From Octopus sinensis (Eukaryota): 64,000 bases of DNA. Shown here piece after piece: positions 10,876 to 23,450 of the stretch (positions within the stretch are counted from its first letter, which is position 1; each line of letters begins with the position of its first letter). The stretch is taken from contig NC_042999.1 of assembly GCF_006345805.1 (NCBI RefSeq), forward strand, positions 31,372,001 to 31,436,000, in the 5' to 3' direction. A program made the position numbers and the translations under genes. Below the pieces are notes generated by a model. It saw only the letters and a list, made by a program, of their open reading frames with translations, was not told the origin of the DNA and made no database searches.

Positions 10876-13258
10876 AGACGAAAATGTTAACACTGATTCA
10901 GTTTTTTGTATATTCACAAATGTAGGATTTCTTTTGAGTGGGCAAATGTTATTTGGGGTATTCGTTTATTCCCTATATTTTTATATTTTGTAATTGAGTA
11001 ATTTAACCCAAATGGCAAAGCTTAATCAAAGTCTCGATCTGTTTATTACATGATCTTCATAGCTTACCGACTCTATCAATGGAGTGACGATAATTGTAAA
11101 CATATAAGTTATGTATTATGAAGAATGAATTACCAAAAAAAAAAATAAGATAAAAATTTTAATTGGCAAATATACTTAGTTGCTTGGAGGTTGAAGGTAA
11201 AAAAATGTTCAATATAGAGTTAATAGTAAATTTCCGCTAATACAATTATTTTGATCGATAGAACGCAAAAAATGTATGTAAAAATTGAAATGTTTAAGAG
11301 TCGGTATAAAATGAATTATAAACAGAAAGAAGAGAAATGGTAAAAATTAATGTGAAATATATCTGAAGATGTCTTTATCATTGGATATGTAAATATGTAT
11401 TTGCGGTTGAAAACATGCTATTATGGAGCTGACATATCAAATAAGAACTACAGCAAAAACAACAAAAACAAGGCAAACAATTATAAATTACAAAAAGGAG
11501 CAGTACGCGCTCTTACGAACTACTAGAATTTTCATCCAAATGTCACTAATATATATCCTGATAATTCAATCTTATTTTTGTGCTCATGATACTTCACACA
11601 TTTTCGAAGTGCTATGGCAAGAATTGAAATTGCTCGTAACTATTTGGATTCAGTTGAAGTTATCCAAGTTGGCATGTTGTGGTGTCAAACCAAATGATGG
11701 ATGAATTCTACCACCCTGGTTAATTATAACTGAATTTCAATAGTAAAAGCAAAGCTAAAAGATGTACCCCAAGGCATACTCACCGAAATACATACAGTTC
11801 TATCACTGCATTGTTATGGATTAATACTTTTTCTCGACCCCGAACGTGTTAAAGTTGACCTACACAACATAGACACATTTGATAATGTGAATAAATGCAC
11901 ATTATATCTAGGAAAATTAGCATATTTTCATGACTGGAGAATATATATTTCCTTACGCAGTTACCTTTGGACTACGTTGTCGTGCTACATCAATAAAACG
12001 AAGATTTATCACTGAGTTAAGTACAATGATATCATTTTCTTATGACATATTTTCTTGTAGCGGAGGGAATTTCATTTATAGTATCTTTTAATTTAATTTC
12101 GGTGTTATTTTTTAAAAAGTGGCATATTTTTTGAGTGATCTGGAATGAGACAGTGTCTATGATAGTAGAGATTCTTCCGCAATAGTGATATGGGAGACCG
12201 ATGCCCTGTCCAAACATCTTCAGGGCAATATATAATGATAAACTATAGAGTGAAATACATAGACTGTCATGTGTAAACGCTTCTAAAACAGGTTAGTTAT
12301 ATTTGACATGAATGACATATAACACTATCTTAACTTTGAAAGTGAGTAAAATCTTAGAACTACGAATATAGAAATATAAGATACAAGTAGATAATTTGCG
12401 CCATAGAAGATAAAGAGAGATCACAGAAATATTAAAATAAGACAGTAATGAAAATAGTGATATGAGAAAGAGAAACTCATACATAATGCAACAAAACAGA
12501 AAAGAAAATTGAGACTACAGATAATTCTGTATGTATGTGTGTTATTCGCATACAGAGAAAAACAAGTGGGGTGAAAGAATATCCAGTGACCACATACAAG
12601 TCTACTCTAACTCTAAACTTTGTTGTGGTTTCATATTTTGGAGGGTTAGTCGTAGTGAAAACATTTGTGAGGAAGAATGTTCCTGTCTCGATAATCACAA
12701 CATATAAGGAAATACATTTTTCAGAATCATTTTTTGAGAAGGCAGTCTGTGATTTCTGAGCGGATTCTCAGTCAGCTTAATACCATTGCTTTTCTTTTTA
12801 GAGCTTTGGATGCGACAGTCTGTTCCAGGTTTTATTCTTTAAAAAGGGCGTCGATGAATAGGTTTACACTTTCTGTTGGATAACACAGCTAACAGTGAGA
12901 GATGGTAATTACAATAATGGAGAGCTGTAACTAATGAATATCGATAAGCCCTTTTTGGAGAAAAGTTTTTTATTTACAAAATCCATGGAAAGTCATAACC
13001 GAAGAAGAACTTAGAAACTGGCCATATAATGCAACATAAATTATTGGTTAAGATACTTTCCGTCTCTAAAGGATGCATCATACTTAGTGCATGGGATTAT
13101 AGTCCAGCTATATATGAGAGGACCGAAAACTCACAGCAACCAGGAATTCTTAAATTTGATATACCATTAATGAAAAAGGGTAAGTTTGTTTTCTGGAGTT
13201 AAAAGAACAGTCGTGTTTCTGCTTAATAAACATTGTCAGCACTTTTCTCTAATCTTAC

Positions 13259-13331
13259 CTACAACAGGCAAACTCTTGGATACTAGAGATAAGGATGGAC
13301 AATATTGGTGATTGTCTATCAGTTGAATATA
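13259..13331 (-). CDS. Candidate 73-nt internal exon (YIQLIDNHQYCPSLSLVSKSLPVV or YSTDRQSPILSILISSIQEFACC)
   Basis: Acceptor atttatttatag and donor TAG|gtaaga; two frames are open. The phase 0-to-1 reading would join the 2335-2459 exon. Confidence 0.3.
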
Positions 13332-13509
13332 CTATAAATAAATATTTCTTAAAAGAGTCAAAATCCAGCGAACATTGACTGACTGGTGTACCCAAAATGA
13401 TAGTAGATACTGATGATTATGCACAGTAAATTCGACCAGAGTCTTTAATAGTAGAAATTCTTCCGCAATAGTAATATGGGAGACCGATGCCCTGTCCAAA
13501 CATCTTCAG

Positions 13510-13858
13510 TGCGTAACTGGTACTTAATTCATCGACCCCTAAAAGATTAAAGGCAAAGTCAACCCAGCAGCGTTTGAAATCAGAATGTGAAGACAGACGA
13601 AGTACTGCTAAGCAATTTGCCCGGCGTGTTAACGACTCAGCCAGCTCATCGGCTTAATAATAATAATAATGGTTTCAAATTCTGCCTCAAGGGTAGCGGT
13701 TTTGGGGGAGGGGGTAAGTCGATTACAAGGGTAGCTGTGTTGTGGGGGAGAAGATAAAGTCGACCTCGGCGGATTTTGAACTCAGAAAGTAACAAAGGGC
13801 GAAACACCATTAAGCGTGTCACCCACAGTGTTAACGATTCTGCCAGCCCATCGCTGTC

Positions 13859-13903
<45 letters not shown>

Positions 13904-13920
13904 GTAATAATAATAATAAT

Positions 13921-13956
<36 letters not shown>

Positions 13957-14512
13957 TATTATAATAATAACAATAATAATAACAATAATAATAATAACAA
14001 TGATAATAACAATAATAATAATAATAATAATAATGATAATAATGATAATAATAATCCTTTGTACTACTATAGGTACCAGGACTGAAATTTTGGGAGAGGA
14101 GTCCAGTCGAGTAGATCGACCCCAGTATGCAACTGGTACTTATTTTATCGACCCCAGAAGGATGAAAGATAAAGTCAACCTTGGCGGAATTCGGATTCAA
14201 AAGGTAGCAGCAGACGACATACCCGTAAATATTTCGCCCGGCGTACAAACGCTTCTGCTAGCTCGCCGCTTTTATAATATTAATAGTAATAATAATATTC
14301 CTTTCTACTATAGGAAAAAAGCCTGGAATTTGGGGGAGGGGAATCGACGATTTCATCGACTCCAGTACTCAACTGGTATTTAATTTATCGACTCCAAAAG
14401 GGTGAAGGGCAAAGTCGACATCGGTATCATATGAATTCAGAGCATCAGGACAGACGAAATAACGCTAAGCATTTTGCCCGGAACAGTACTGATTCTGCCA
14501 GTTCACCGCCTT
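13510..14512 (-). mobile_element. Head-to-tail array of four family 3 tRNA-derived SINE copies (13510-13656, 13671-13860, 14056-14272, 14300-14512) separated by (AAT)n
   Basis: Each copy reads on the minus strand GGCGAGCTGGCAGAA (A-box-like)...GAGTTCAAA (B-box-like)...GTCGACTTTGCCTTTCATCC...GGGGTCGATAAA...AAGTACCAG, with divergence. Confidence 0.9.
13858..14055. repeat. (AAT)n microsatellite
   Basis: Visible; explains the poly-N, poly-Y and poly-I ORFs. Confidence 0.97.
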
Positions 14513-14514
14513 CA

Positions 14515-14587
<73 letters not shown>

Positions 14588-16509
14588 GGAGATAATCGCT
14601 AGTAAATTTAAAAGTCTTTATCCCACTGTTTATTATGCTAATGACCAAGACGTTATGCATGTAAAGTGCGAATAAATTTTAAATTCGACTTCAAACCGAT
14701 TGAAATTAGGCCACAGGGGTTTATACGAACCCATAGCTTCGAATTCTCAAGAGTCTTTTATGAAAATGTCGATTGAACATTATTGGAAAGTATATCGTGT
14801 TGGAGAGAACATCGTAAATACGTTAATTTTAATTGTTAGCTTAAATTATTTGTCAATAAAATTTCTGTAAACATCAACGGAAGTCAGCTAAAGAAATATA
14901 GGCCGACGTAGAGTCGTTATTCTTCTATCGTCATCAACATGTTCTGAACATTCTGCACTGAATAAATATTCGTGAATGTGGAGTAAGCACAGCAAGACAT
15001 TGTAACTGCATTGTACTCTGTGCATAAATCTGCTGTTAAATGTCATATTAATCTAACACATTTGTAAGCATATTCTTTCAAATGTTACAGCAGCAATTAA
15101 TATTATCAGTGTCATTTTTGTATCGCATATATTATTTCATATAGCTGCCTTTGCAATATTTCTTTTCTTAATTTGTCAATTATTGTATTATTCCAGATAT
15201 TGTTGTCTAAGAAAATCGAATTATAACAAATACATTCATGTCTCTAGTTTAACCTTGTGTAAATGAGTTGTTCTCGACTTCCTCTATATTCCATGTACTT
15301 TTAGCAGCCTTCGACCTATTTCTCACTAACGATTTTATTGTAATGATTTAAAATATCATTCTCTATTTGAATTAACACTTTGTGTCATGTGTAGAAAACT
15401 TCATGTTACAAATCATTTTTGAAGGTTTTATGATGGAGCCTCTTCATCGTTAGCTGCCTAATATCTCGCCGATGTTATTATACTGTCGTAAATTTGAAAA
15501 GCAACACAGGATAGAGTAGTCATGAGCTCACAATGTCTGGCATATATATGAAAATCATGCTCTGTCAAAGCTGACATGGGAGATACTCGGCAACAATAAC
15601 TATACTTGTTGCAATAAATAAATGTCTTTTAAACTATATATATTCTATCTTCTCTGTTTTTGTTATGTTTTTTTTTACGAAACTATGTAGAATGTTATAT
15701 TTACCTTAGTTTAGCTTAATTATTTTGCCTCGAGCTATTCCGCGCCAACAGTCCAAAAAGAGGCTAAAAATTGCACTGTGAGTGCATACCAAGGGAAAAC
15801 ATGAGAAACTTTTAATTTTGTGTAAGAAATAGAGACATAAAAACTTAAATGAAACATGTAAGTTTTTTCAAATTTGTTTGAGAAATTCTCTACCCCTTTA
15901 ATGAAAATTTCCCTACCTGAAATAAATCAAGTTTTGTGTGTGTGTGTGTGTGTTTGTGTGTGCAATTAAGATAGAAAGGGAGAGAAAAGGTGAGAGAGAG
16001 AAATTCTATGGGAGTCTAAATGCAAGCGAAGTGTGCGCTCCCGCGCGCAAGTAAAATGTGAAGTACGGTGACGAATATAGAGCAGGTATTCAGTACGATC
16101 TTGATAGGACATAGGAACATCTTGCGGAAGGATTTATAGAAAAGTGTTGAGTTAGGTGAAGATACTGAAATCAGATGCTCCAGTGTGTCATACAAGGCTA
16201 CGTGTTCTCATGTGAATCCGTAGAGTTACCAGCAGTGGCTCCGTAATGAAGCCAAGATCTGTCGTGGAGAGCAGAAGATATAATGTGGGATATGTCGCCT
16301 CTAAGCCCATTAGATCTATACCGGATTTGAATGTTTCTTTTAATGATACGAGTCTTTGTTTATCAATTATGATGTATTTTGTGTCTGGTGTTAAGTCATT
16401 GGGTAGCTTGACTTTAATATTTTTTAATTTTGCAAAAACTTTTTTGGATGTACTTTTTCTGTATGTCTTTAGGTATGCTACGTGTTTTGGCGGGATTCTT
16501 CCGCCTTTG

Positions 16510-16960
16510 TTGGTACAGTGGAGTGCTTAAATACCACCTCTTTGGAGGCAAATCTTACCTCCACTGTACCGTATCTCCTACATGTGGTGTAGAAGGAGAT
16601 GTCACCTCTTATTGTGTCCAAGCAGTTTTCTAATGACATCCTCCAGTGCCATTTTCGAACTTTCTTTTCGGCAAATAAAATGTCCTGTACATCACCATTC
16701 TCCTCACTTTTCTGATTCTTTCCTCCGGAGTGGACAACTTTGCCCTCAAACCTTCAATTGCATGCTGTCACACAATGATTTCCAGTCAATTATAAATAAC
16801 CTCACGCATTTCCAACTTTCCCACTCTTGGCCATGCTCCCATTTCCAGCTACAGACGCATAACTTCCAGTTTGAGCTCCCTCGCACTCCAAGTCCGTTTC
16901 AGACAAAAACACAAGCTTGCTGAACAAGCTGTGCCTTGTTAAGAAACAGCAACAAATTAA
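16510..16960 (-). mobile_element. L1/Tx1-clade non-LTR retrotransposon 5'UTR and ORF1 relic
   Basis: ATG at 16834 (MAKSGKVGNA), then with frameshifts LSTPEERIRKVRRMVMYRTFYLPKRK, MALEDVIRK, CLDTIRGDISFYTTCRRYGTVEVRFASKEVVFKHSTVP. Resembles Tx1-type ORF1 as recalled; no search was run. Confidence 0.6.
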
Positions 16961-16992
16961 ACAATAAATTCTAACAATTTCAGAAATTCACA

Positions 16993-17046
<54 letters not shown>

Positions 17047-17214
17047 AGTGACAATTATTCGATAGTCATGACTCGGCGTTTTATCATGGCTACCGAATAA
17101 TTATCACACATTACATTTACAGATAAATTCTTCTATTTGCATAATATCGAGGTTTCTTTCTTTCTTTTGTTGTCTTGCCATTTTTATCAATATATATATA
17201 TATATATATATATA

Positions 17215-17252
<38 letters not shown>

Positions 17253-17680
17253 TATGTATGTATATATATATATATATATATACGAAATAGTGTAAGAAAT
17301 AGAAAGATGCACAATGCTACATAACCGCATACTTACGCTAATATGTATGCGTTCCTCTAAAGCATTCTGACCACTTATACTACGCCAGAATGAAATCTAG
17401 ATGAATTCTATTCTAAAGTTTGATGTATGCAATCAATGATCATTAATTCTATGCATAATGAATTATATTTACAGAAATTATTACAACGATATGTCAAAAA
17501 CTATTATCTAAGTTCTATATCTCTTACATAATTATATTTAAATCTATCATCTACCATTCATTTCAAAATACTAACTTCTTCATCATTCTCATTCTTCATT
17601 GGTCTATTGCCTACAGGAAATGTGTCAATAAGAAAGCTTCGTATCAAACACGTTCGATAATCCCAAACCTTAAGCAGCTG

Positions 17681-18052
17681 TTGACTGCGGCCATGCTAGA
17701 GCACCGCCTTTAGTCGAGCAACTCGACCCCGGGACTTATTCTTTGTAAGCCCAGTACTTATTCTATCGGTCTCTTTTGCCGAACCGCTAAGTGACGGGGA
17801 CATAAGCACACCAGCATCGGTTGTCAAGCAATGCTAGGGGGACAAACATACACGCACACACACACACATATATATATATATACATACGACGGGCTTCTTT
17901 CAGTTTCCCTCTACCAAATCCACTCACAAGGCTTTGGTCGGCCCGAGGCTATAGTAGAAGACACTTGCCCAAGATTCCACGCAGTGGGACTGAACCCGGA
18001 ACTATGTGGTTGGTAAGCAAGCTACTTACCACACAGCCACTCCTGCGCCTGT
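17681..18052 (-). mobile_element. Family 1 SINE, near full length
   Basis: Reverse complement aligns by eye along the whole 871-1280 copy; internal (CA)(TA) microsatellite at about 17845-17885. Confidence 0.92.
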
Positions 18053-19039
18053 GGATAAACAAACAACCAGAAAAATAACACTCGCATCAACACTTACGTA
18101 TATACAATTATAGATTAGTTACTGGCTGGTACTTTAATTCGTCTTTACTTTTTCAACGACTCAGTAACCTCTTCTATTTCCTGCACACATGACTAAATCT
18201 GTACCAGACACTCATTGCCCTCGTTTCGTATTAACAAAATGCCACGAATGATACAGGGTAATGATATATGTGAAATAGAGTATATATATTTCTAAACAAC
18301 TCTGGGGAATAGTGTAATGATATTTCTACCTTATAACAGAGTGTTACAATATTTCTGTAATCAACATATACTTTAAAGTTGATTCACGTTAATCAATCTT
18401 TAATTTGCCATCGACAATAGCATAACAAAGTTACTGTTATAAAAACACGTACCGAATAGAACTTCTAACAACGACAACAATAACGCAATCAGCAAATAAT
18501 ATGTAAACAAATACAAAAGTTCGAAATAAAAGCTTCACTCTAATGCCGTTATCATTCAAGCGTGTTGTATTAATGAAAGCCTTGTAATTGATAATCACCT
18601 TGAAACTTATGATTAAAACTTGGGAGATTTCCTCTGTTGCTAAATATAGAAGCTCACCACGACAAATTAATCCTTTACCTATAATTATCACCTCGTTTAC
18701 CTTATCACAGTCATGTGTATTTGATACTTGCTTGTAATCATTATATGGTGTGCACGAGCGCGTGTGTGTGAAAGTGTGTGAACGTGCGTGGCTGTGGTTT
18801 GATGTAGAAAATTGTGCTGAATAGATAGCATGAAATTCTAGAGTGTGTGCTGGCAAACTAAGATTATTTTCTCATAACAGAATTGCTTTTGTGGCTCATA
18901 TACTCGAATTATATTTTTAACTGTTTTAGATGGAAAAAAAAAATTCTCAACACTAAAATACACACACATGCACGCGTGAGTGCACACATTTCTATAAAGA
19001 ATATGTGTGCATATATATGCATATATACACATACATATA

Positions 19040-19095
<56 letters not shown>

Positions 19096-20146
19096 GTGTG
19101 TGTGTATGTGTGTGTGTGTGTATATATAAATATGTGAAGATGAGTTATCTACGGGCCTGCTAAAGTAGCCTACATTGTTTTTAACTACTACTTCAATAAT
19201 TTACATACATGGATTGTTTCATTTGTCATGTACCAGAAATATTCATTATTCTGACGCATTTTCATTAAAAATACCATTGTAATTTAAATGTATTAGAATT
19301 TCTTTGTCAAGTAAGTTAGTATCCAGTTAACTACGACTACATGGAAAGTGTGTCGCTTAAATGTCTGTATGGATGCATTCACAAAAGTTTAGTATCTAAC
19401 CAACTCAAGCAAACAAAACCAGTCATCAATAACATGAAATTTCCCAGAAATATTCACATAACATTGTTGTTGAAATCTAATCAAACTGCAATTACTTTAG
19501 TGATTAATTATCCACATAGACACATTAATGATGAATGAAACCTGATAAATATCCTACCGTCCATATTATTACAGTGAACAATGTCAATTACAAGACGCAA
19601 TAGTTATTTGTTTTCGGCATGTTCCTCTATACTGTTTTATTTTCCTGCAAGAAATTCCTATCTTGTTTCTTTGCACCAAAACAAATACGCTGTAGATTCC
19701 AGTACTTTTTTTCCGGTCAAAACTTTCAGCTAAATTGCTGTCTATTTATCTCTGTCTCAATCGCATTCAAATTGGTTTTTTCCTTTGATCAATGGTCTTT
19801 CGTCCACATTTTATTGTTGTATAAATTATATGCATAAACATGAACAGTATATGTCAATGCTAAATTATTCTAAGTGAAAAATAGATCTTTTTTTTATTAT
19901 TATTATGCACACAGCAGTAATGATCTAAAGCCCCCTATTGTGTATTTAGTAGCATATTTCAAATCTACCACCTGAGTCGAAAATTTTATTCCTATATCCT
20001 CTGTAATAAAGTGCTTGCAATACACTGGCGTGGTCATAATAATATATACACCAAATGTCAAAGTTAGTTGCAGTTTTTATATCGCTGTGTAACTAATGTA
20101 AATTGCAGACATTCATTGACTAGAATAATCAATTTAATATAGAATT

Positions 20147-20350
20147 GCAAAAATATTCAATACTAATATTTACGTCCAACTTGTTTGTCATGTTTTATTA
20201 CAAAATACTTCCATACTGTTATATTATATGCAATCTGCCATGTTTAATTTTAAAAATATTCTATACTAATATTTTATATCCAACTTGTCATATTTAATTA
20301 TAAAAATTTTCCATACTAATATTTATATCTCAGTTGCCATATTTAATTTC
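20147..20350. repeat. Degenerate AT-rich minisatellite, about 50-bp unit, about 4 copies
   Basis: Recurring aaaatattc.atactaatattt.at..caa.ttg.ca.tttaatt motif. Confidence 0.75.
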
Positions 20351-20672
20351 TATTTCATATATAATTCTCCATTAGTTTTCAGGTGAATGCTAACTTTTAA
20401 CTTCCATGTTTGCTCTTTATCTGTCACAAATTCTACATGCTTCAATTCGTTTCAGCTTATTCTAACCAAAGAAGCGCTAAGTAGTGATCAGTTGACCAGA
20501 TTGAATGAAAAAACAAAACTCATTCAAATTGCATCTTACCGTTTCTCATACCAGGACAAATACACAATGATTAGTTCTTACAAATAGTTTATGAAGATAA
20601 TGTGGAACAGGTTTGAACATGTAAGTGGACATAGGGTGATTCTGTCTAGGACACACACGAGTAATGGCTGTA

Positions 20673-20727
20673 TTAAATTATGACCTGCAGTTGCCCATAC
20701 ATCATATGATTCCACCCATTACGGTAC
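20673..20727 (-). CDS. Candidate exon (R)YRNGWNHMMYGQLQVII*
   Basis: Acceptor ccttggtgccgcag; phase 2 start is compatible with the 23146-23177 exon. Confidence 0.2.
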
Positions 20728-22128
20728 CTGCGGCACCAAGGTATTCCAAGCAAATTACGTTTCATGACATTCAAAGAAGAGAAGTATTTAGGACGCAAAA
20801 TGCAAGAACAAAACACGCAAGGCACTTTGGTGAACGCACTCATAACTCAGCCAATCGATCGAGCTGGATACATGCCCTACTTTATGGCAGGATCTCAAAT
20901 TAAAAGCAAGAGGTGAATCAAATACCACAAGTAATATTATGCAATATGTTAGCGATCACACGGATCCGCTACTTAATGCAATAAGTAGGGGTATAGTTAT
21001 TGAAATAATTTTGATCTCGGTCTAAACAGCAACAACTTGAAATTTTCAGTACATTGAAAAACACAGTGGAAGTTAAATAGGAGGACACATAGACGCAATT
21101 ACAACAGTAACAACTGTTAGCAGAATATAAAACCATGATTATGCGTACTGCAAAATGTGATAAATACATGTGAATGTATTTAATTCTGAATGCATGCTTA
21201 TATTTGAAAAGTATTATACATCAGTGTTCTATGTGCGAAAGTACATGAATGTGTTAAGTACTTGTAATACCGCTGAATAAAGCTGAAATGTCGCAACAGT
21301 CTTGAATTTTATTTTTGAAATAGATAGTGTGTGATAAATAATTTAATCCTGCCATTTCTCGCTTTCCGTACGCAAATACTTGTTATTACCAATGTTATTT
21401 TTAGTTGTTTATTTTTAGTTGTATTCCTTGAGGTTCCTGCTTCAGTGACATAGTGTACTATAGTACTTGATATCATTTTTAAAACTGATATTTCCTCTTC
21501 TGATTGATTTGGTCGTATAACACTCACAGTTTAAGGGATATGATACCAAGCTTCAGTGACGTAGTGTACTATAGTACTTGATATCATTTTTAAAACATAT
21601 ATTTCCTCTTGTGATTGAACTGCTGGTGTGTCATTCAGAGTTTAATGGCTATAATACCAAAAATTAGCAGAATATTAAATCATGGTTATATGTACTACAA
21701 AATGTGTAAAATAAATGTGAATGCATTTAATTCTGAATATATGCTTATATTTGTAAGGTATTATGTCTCGGCGTTCCATGTCTCTATTTGTATTTGTTTG
21801 AGCCTGCGCATGTATTTGAAGTTGAAGACTAAGTGCGTGACATATTGGAAAACGATTTTATCAGAACTTACAAAATGTAAACTAAGATCTGATAAAAAAA
21901 AAGGTTCATCGTGATCGCAGGGAAGGACACCTTTATATTGCGTGTCATATAGTTCACTTAGCTGACACAAAGTACAAGATCAGTTGCCTAGATTAATTAT
22001 AAACACAACATTCCCTATTATACTGCAATTATCTTCAAACTGCGCACATCCGTCCAACGTCATGCAATCTTTCCCTTATAATTCAGCATCTATTCAAATA
22101 TTTGCTCTCGTCGTAACTCCCTTTCACA

Positions 22129-22198
<70 letters not shown>

Positions 22199-22469
22199 GT
22201 ACCATACAATAAGATAAAATAATTTATTAATATATTAAAATACGTTAAATTCCTAATAACATAGGTACTATAGCAATTAAGACCAGACAGGTGAAATTAA
22301 TAAATTAAGGCGCAAAATAGCATCACAATTACTAGAAAATTGACCTAAATTGGAACAGCCACACAAAAGCACTAACCTCATGAAATATTCGAGACCGCGA
22401 GCAGCAAATCACACCATCTTTGCAGAGATACACTTACAGAATGAAGTAATACATACATTCATACACACA

Positions 22470-22560
<91 letters not shown>

Positions 22561-23145
22561 CGCTGGTACACTACCAGTTTTAACTTAGTGATGCACAGTT
22601 CACATTCATTCTTTCAAAAATGCAGCTACATACATTTTGACTATGTTTAAAATATGGACATAATTGTCATTAGCTGTTATACTTTCGAAATGTCTACATG
22701 TCTGTAAATATTAATAGTTGATGTGTGAACTAGCATTCTCACGTGCCTTGTGAGACATTTGTATGAAGACGATGCATATCGTTGCTATTATGCAAAATGG
22801 TCGTATGTCGAAAACGTTGCTGTTACTGAAGACAAAACAATAGTTATATCTTTCCATAGAAAAACCTTTGTACTACACTTTGATAATTTTTGATATCTTG
22901 GCATCTGAAGGAGCTGGAGATACGATAGTTTGACCAAAGTACCAGCTATTGCAAATAAAAATAAATATTGAAAAATGCATTTGGCCAAATATGGATATAG
23001 CATAATTTAACATAATAGCAACGATATGAATTCTTTTCCCCGATTTGATTCAAAGCGCATTCGTCTTTGTTCAAACTTATCCGTTTGAACAGATCGATGT
23101 ATCCGCCTATACACATATACGAATGCGTGTTGTGCATATACTCGC

Positions 23146-23177
23146 CTGCGTAGAAATTTCTCCATATCCTCGTTGAC
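23146..23177 (-). CDS. Candidate 32-nt exon VNEDMEKFLR(R) with a GC donor
   Basis: CAG|gcgagt donor; weak acceptor actcacag; phases fit the neighbouring candidates. Confidence 0.2.
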
Positions 23178-23450
23178 CTGTGAGTTTGTGTGCATTTGTA
23201 TGTCTTCTGGGACGGCTGAGGCAGCGATCACTTAACGAAATTATTAACGAAAGTTTTTCTCGAGAGGGCTCATAATGCTTTATTCAATTATTGTATACAC
23301 GTCCTTTTTATCAGAAGAGCCCATGTGACTTCTGTACGTAGAAATTCATTCCAATTTTATAACTAATTGAGCACGAAATTCTATTTTACGAGGAATGACT
23401 AGTATTTCACGCAGCTCTCAACAATCGATACGTTATTCTTTTTACAATAG

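Noticed and set aside
12477-12698. ORF with PPKYETTTKFRVRV resembling the cadherin LDYE strand
   Set aside because: Only a few residues resemble it and the calcium-binding motifs are absent.
13510-14512. Repeat-spacer appearance suggesting a CRISPR-like array
   Set aside because: The units are about 200-bp diverged SINEs separated by microsatellite in eukaryotic DNA, with no cas genes.
16512-16571. 12-bp inverted repeat GGTACAGTGGAG / CTCCACTGTACC
   Set aside because: It lies within the Tx1 ORF1 relic and is best explained as part of that element.
18437-18856. 139-aa minus-strand ORF
   Set aside because: The N-terminal third is CA-repeat derived, and there is no recognisable domain or consistent splice frame.
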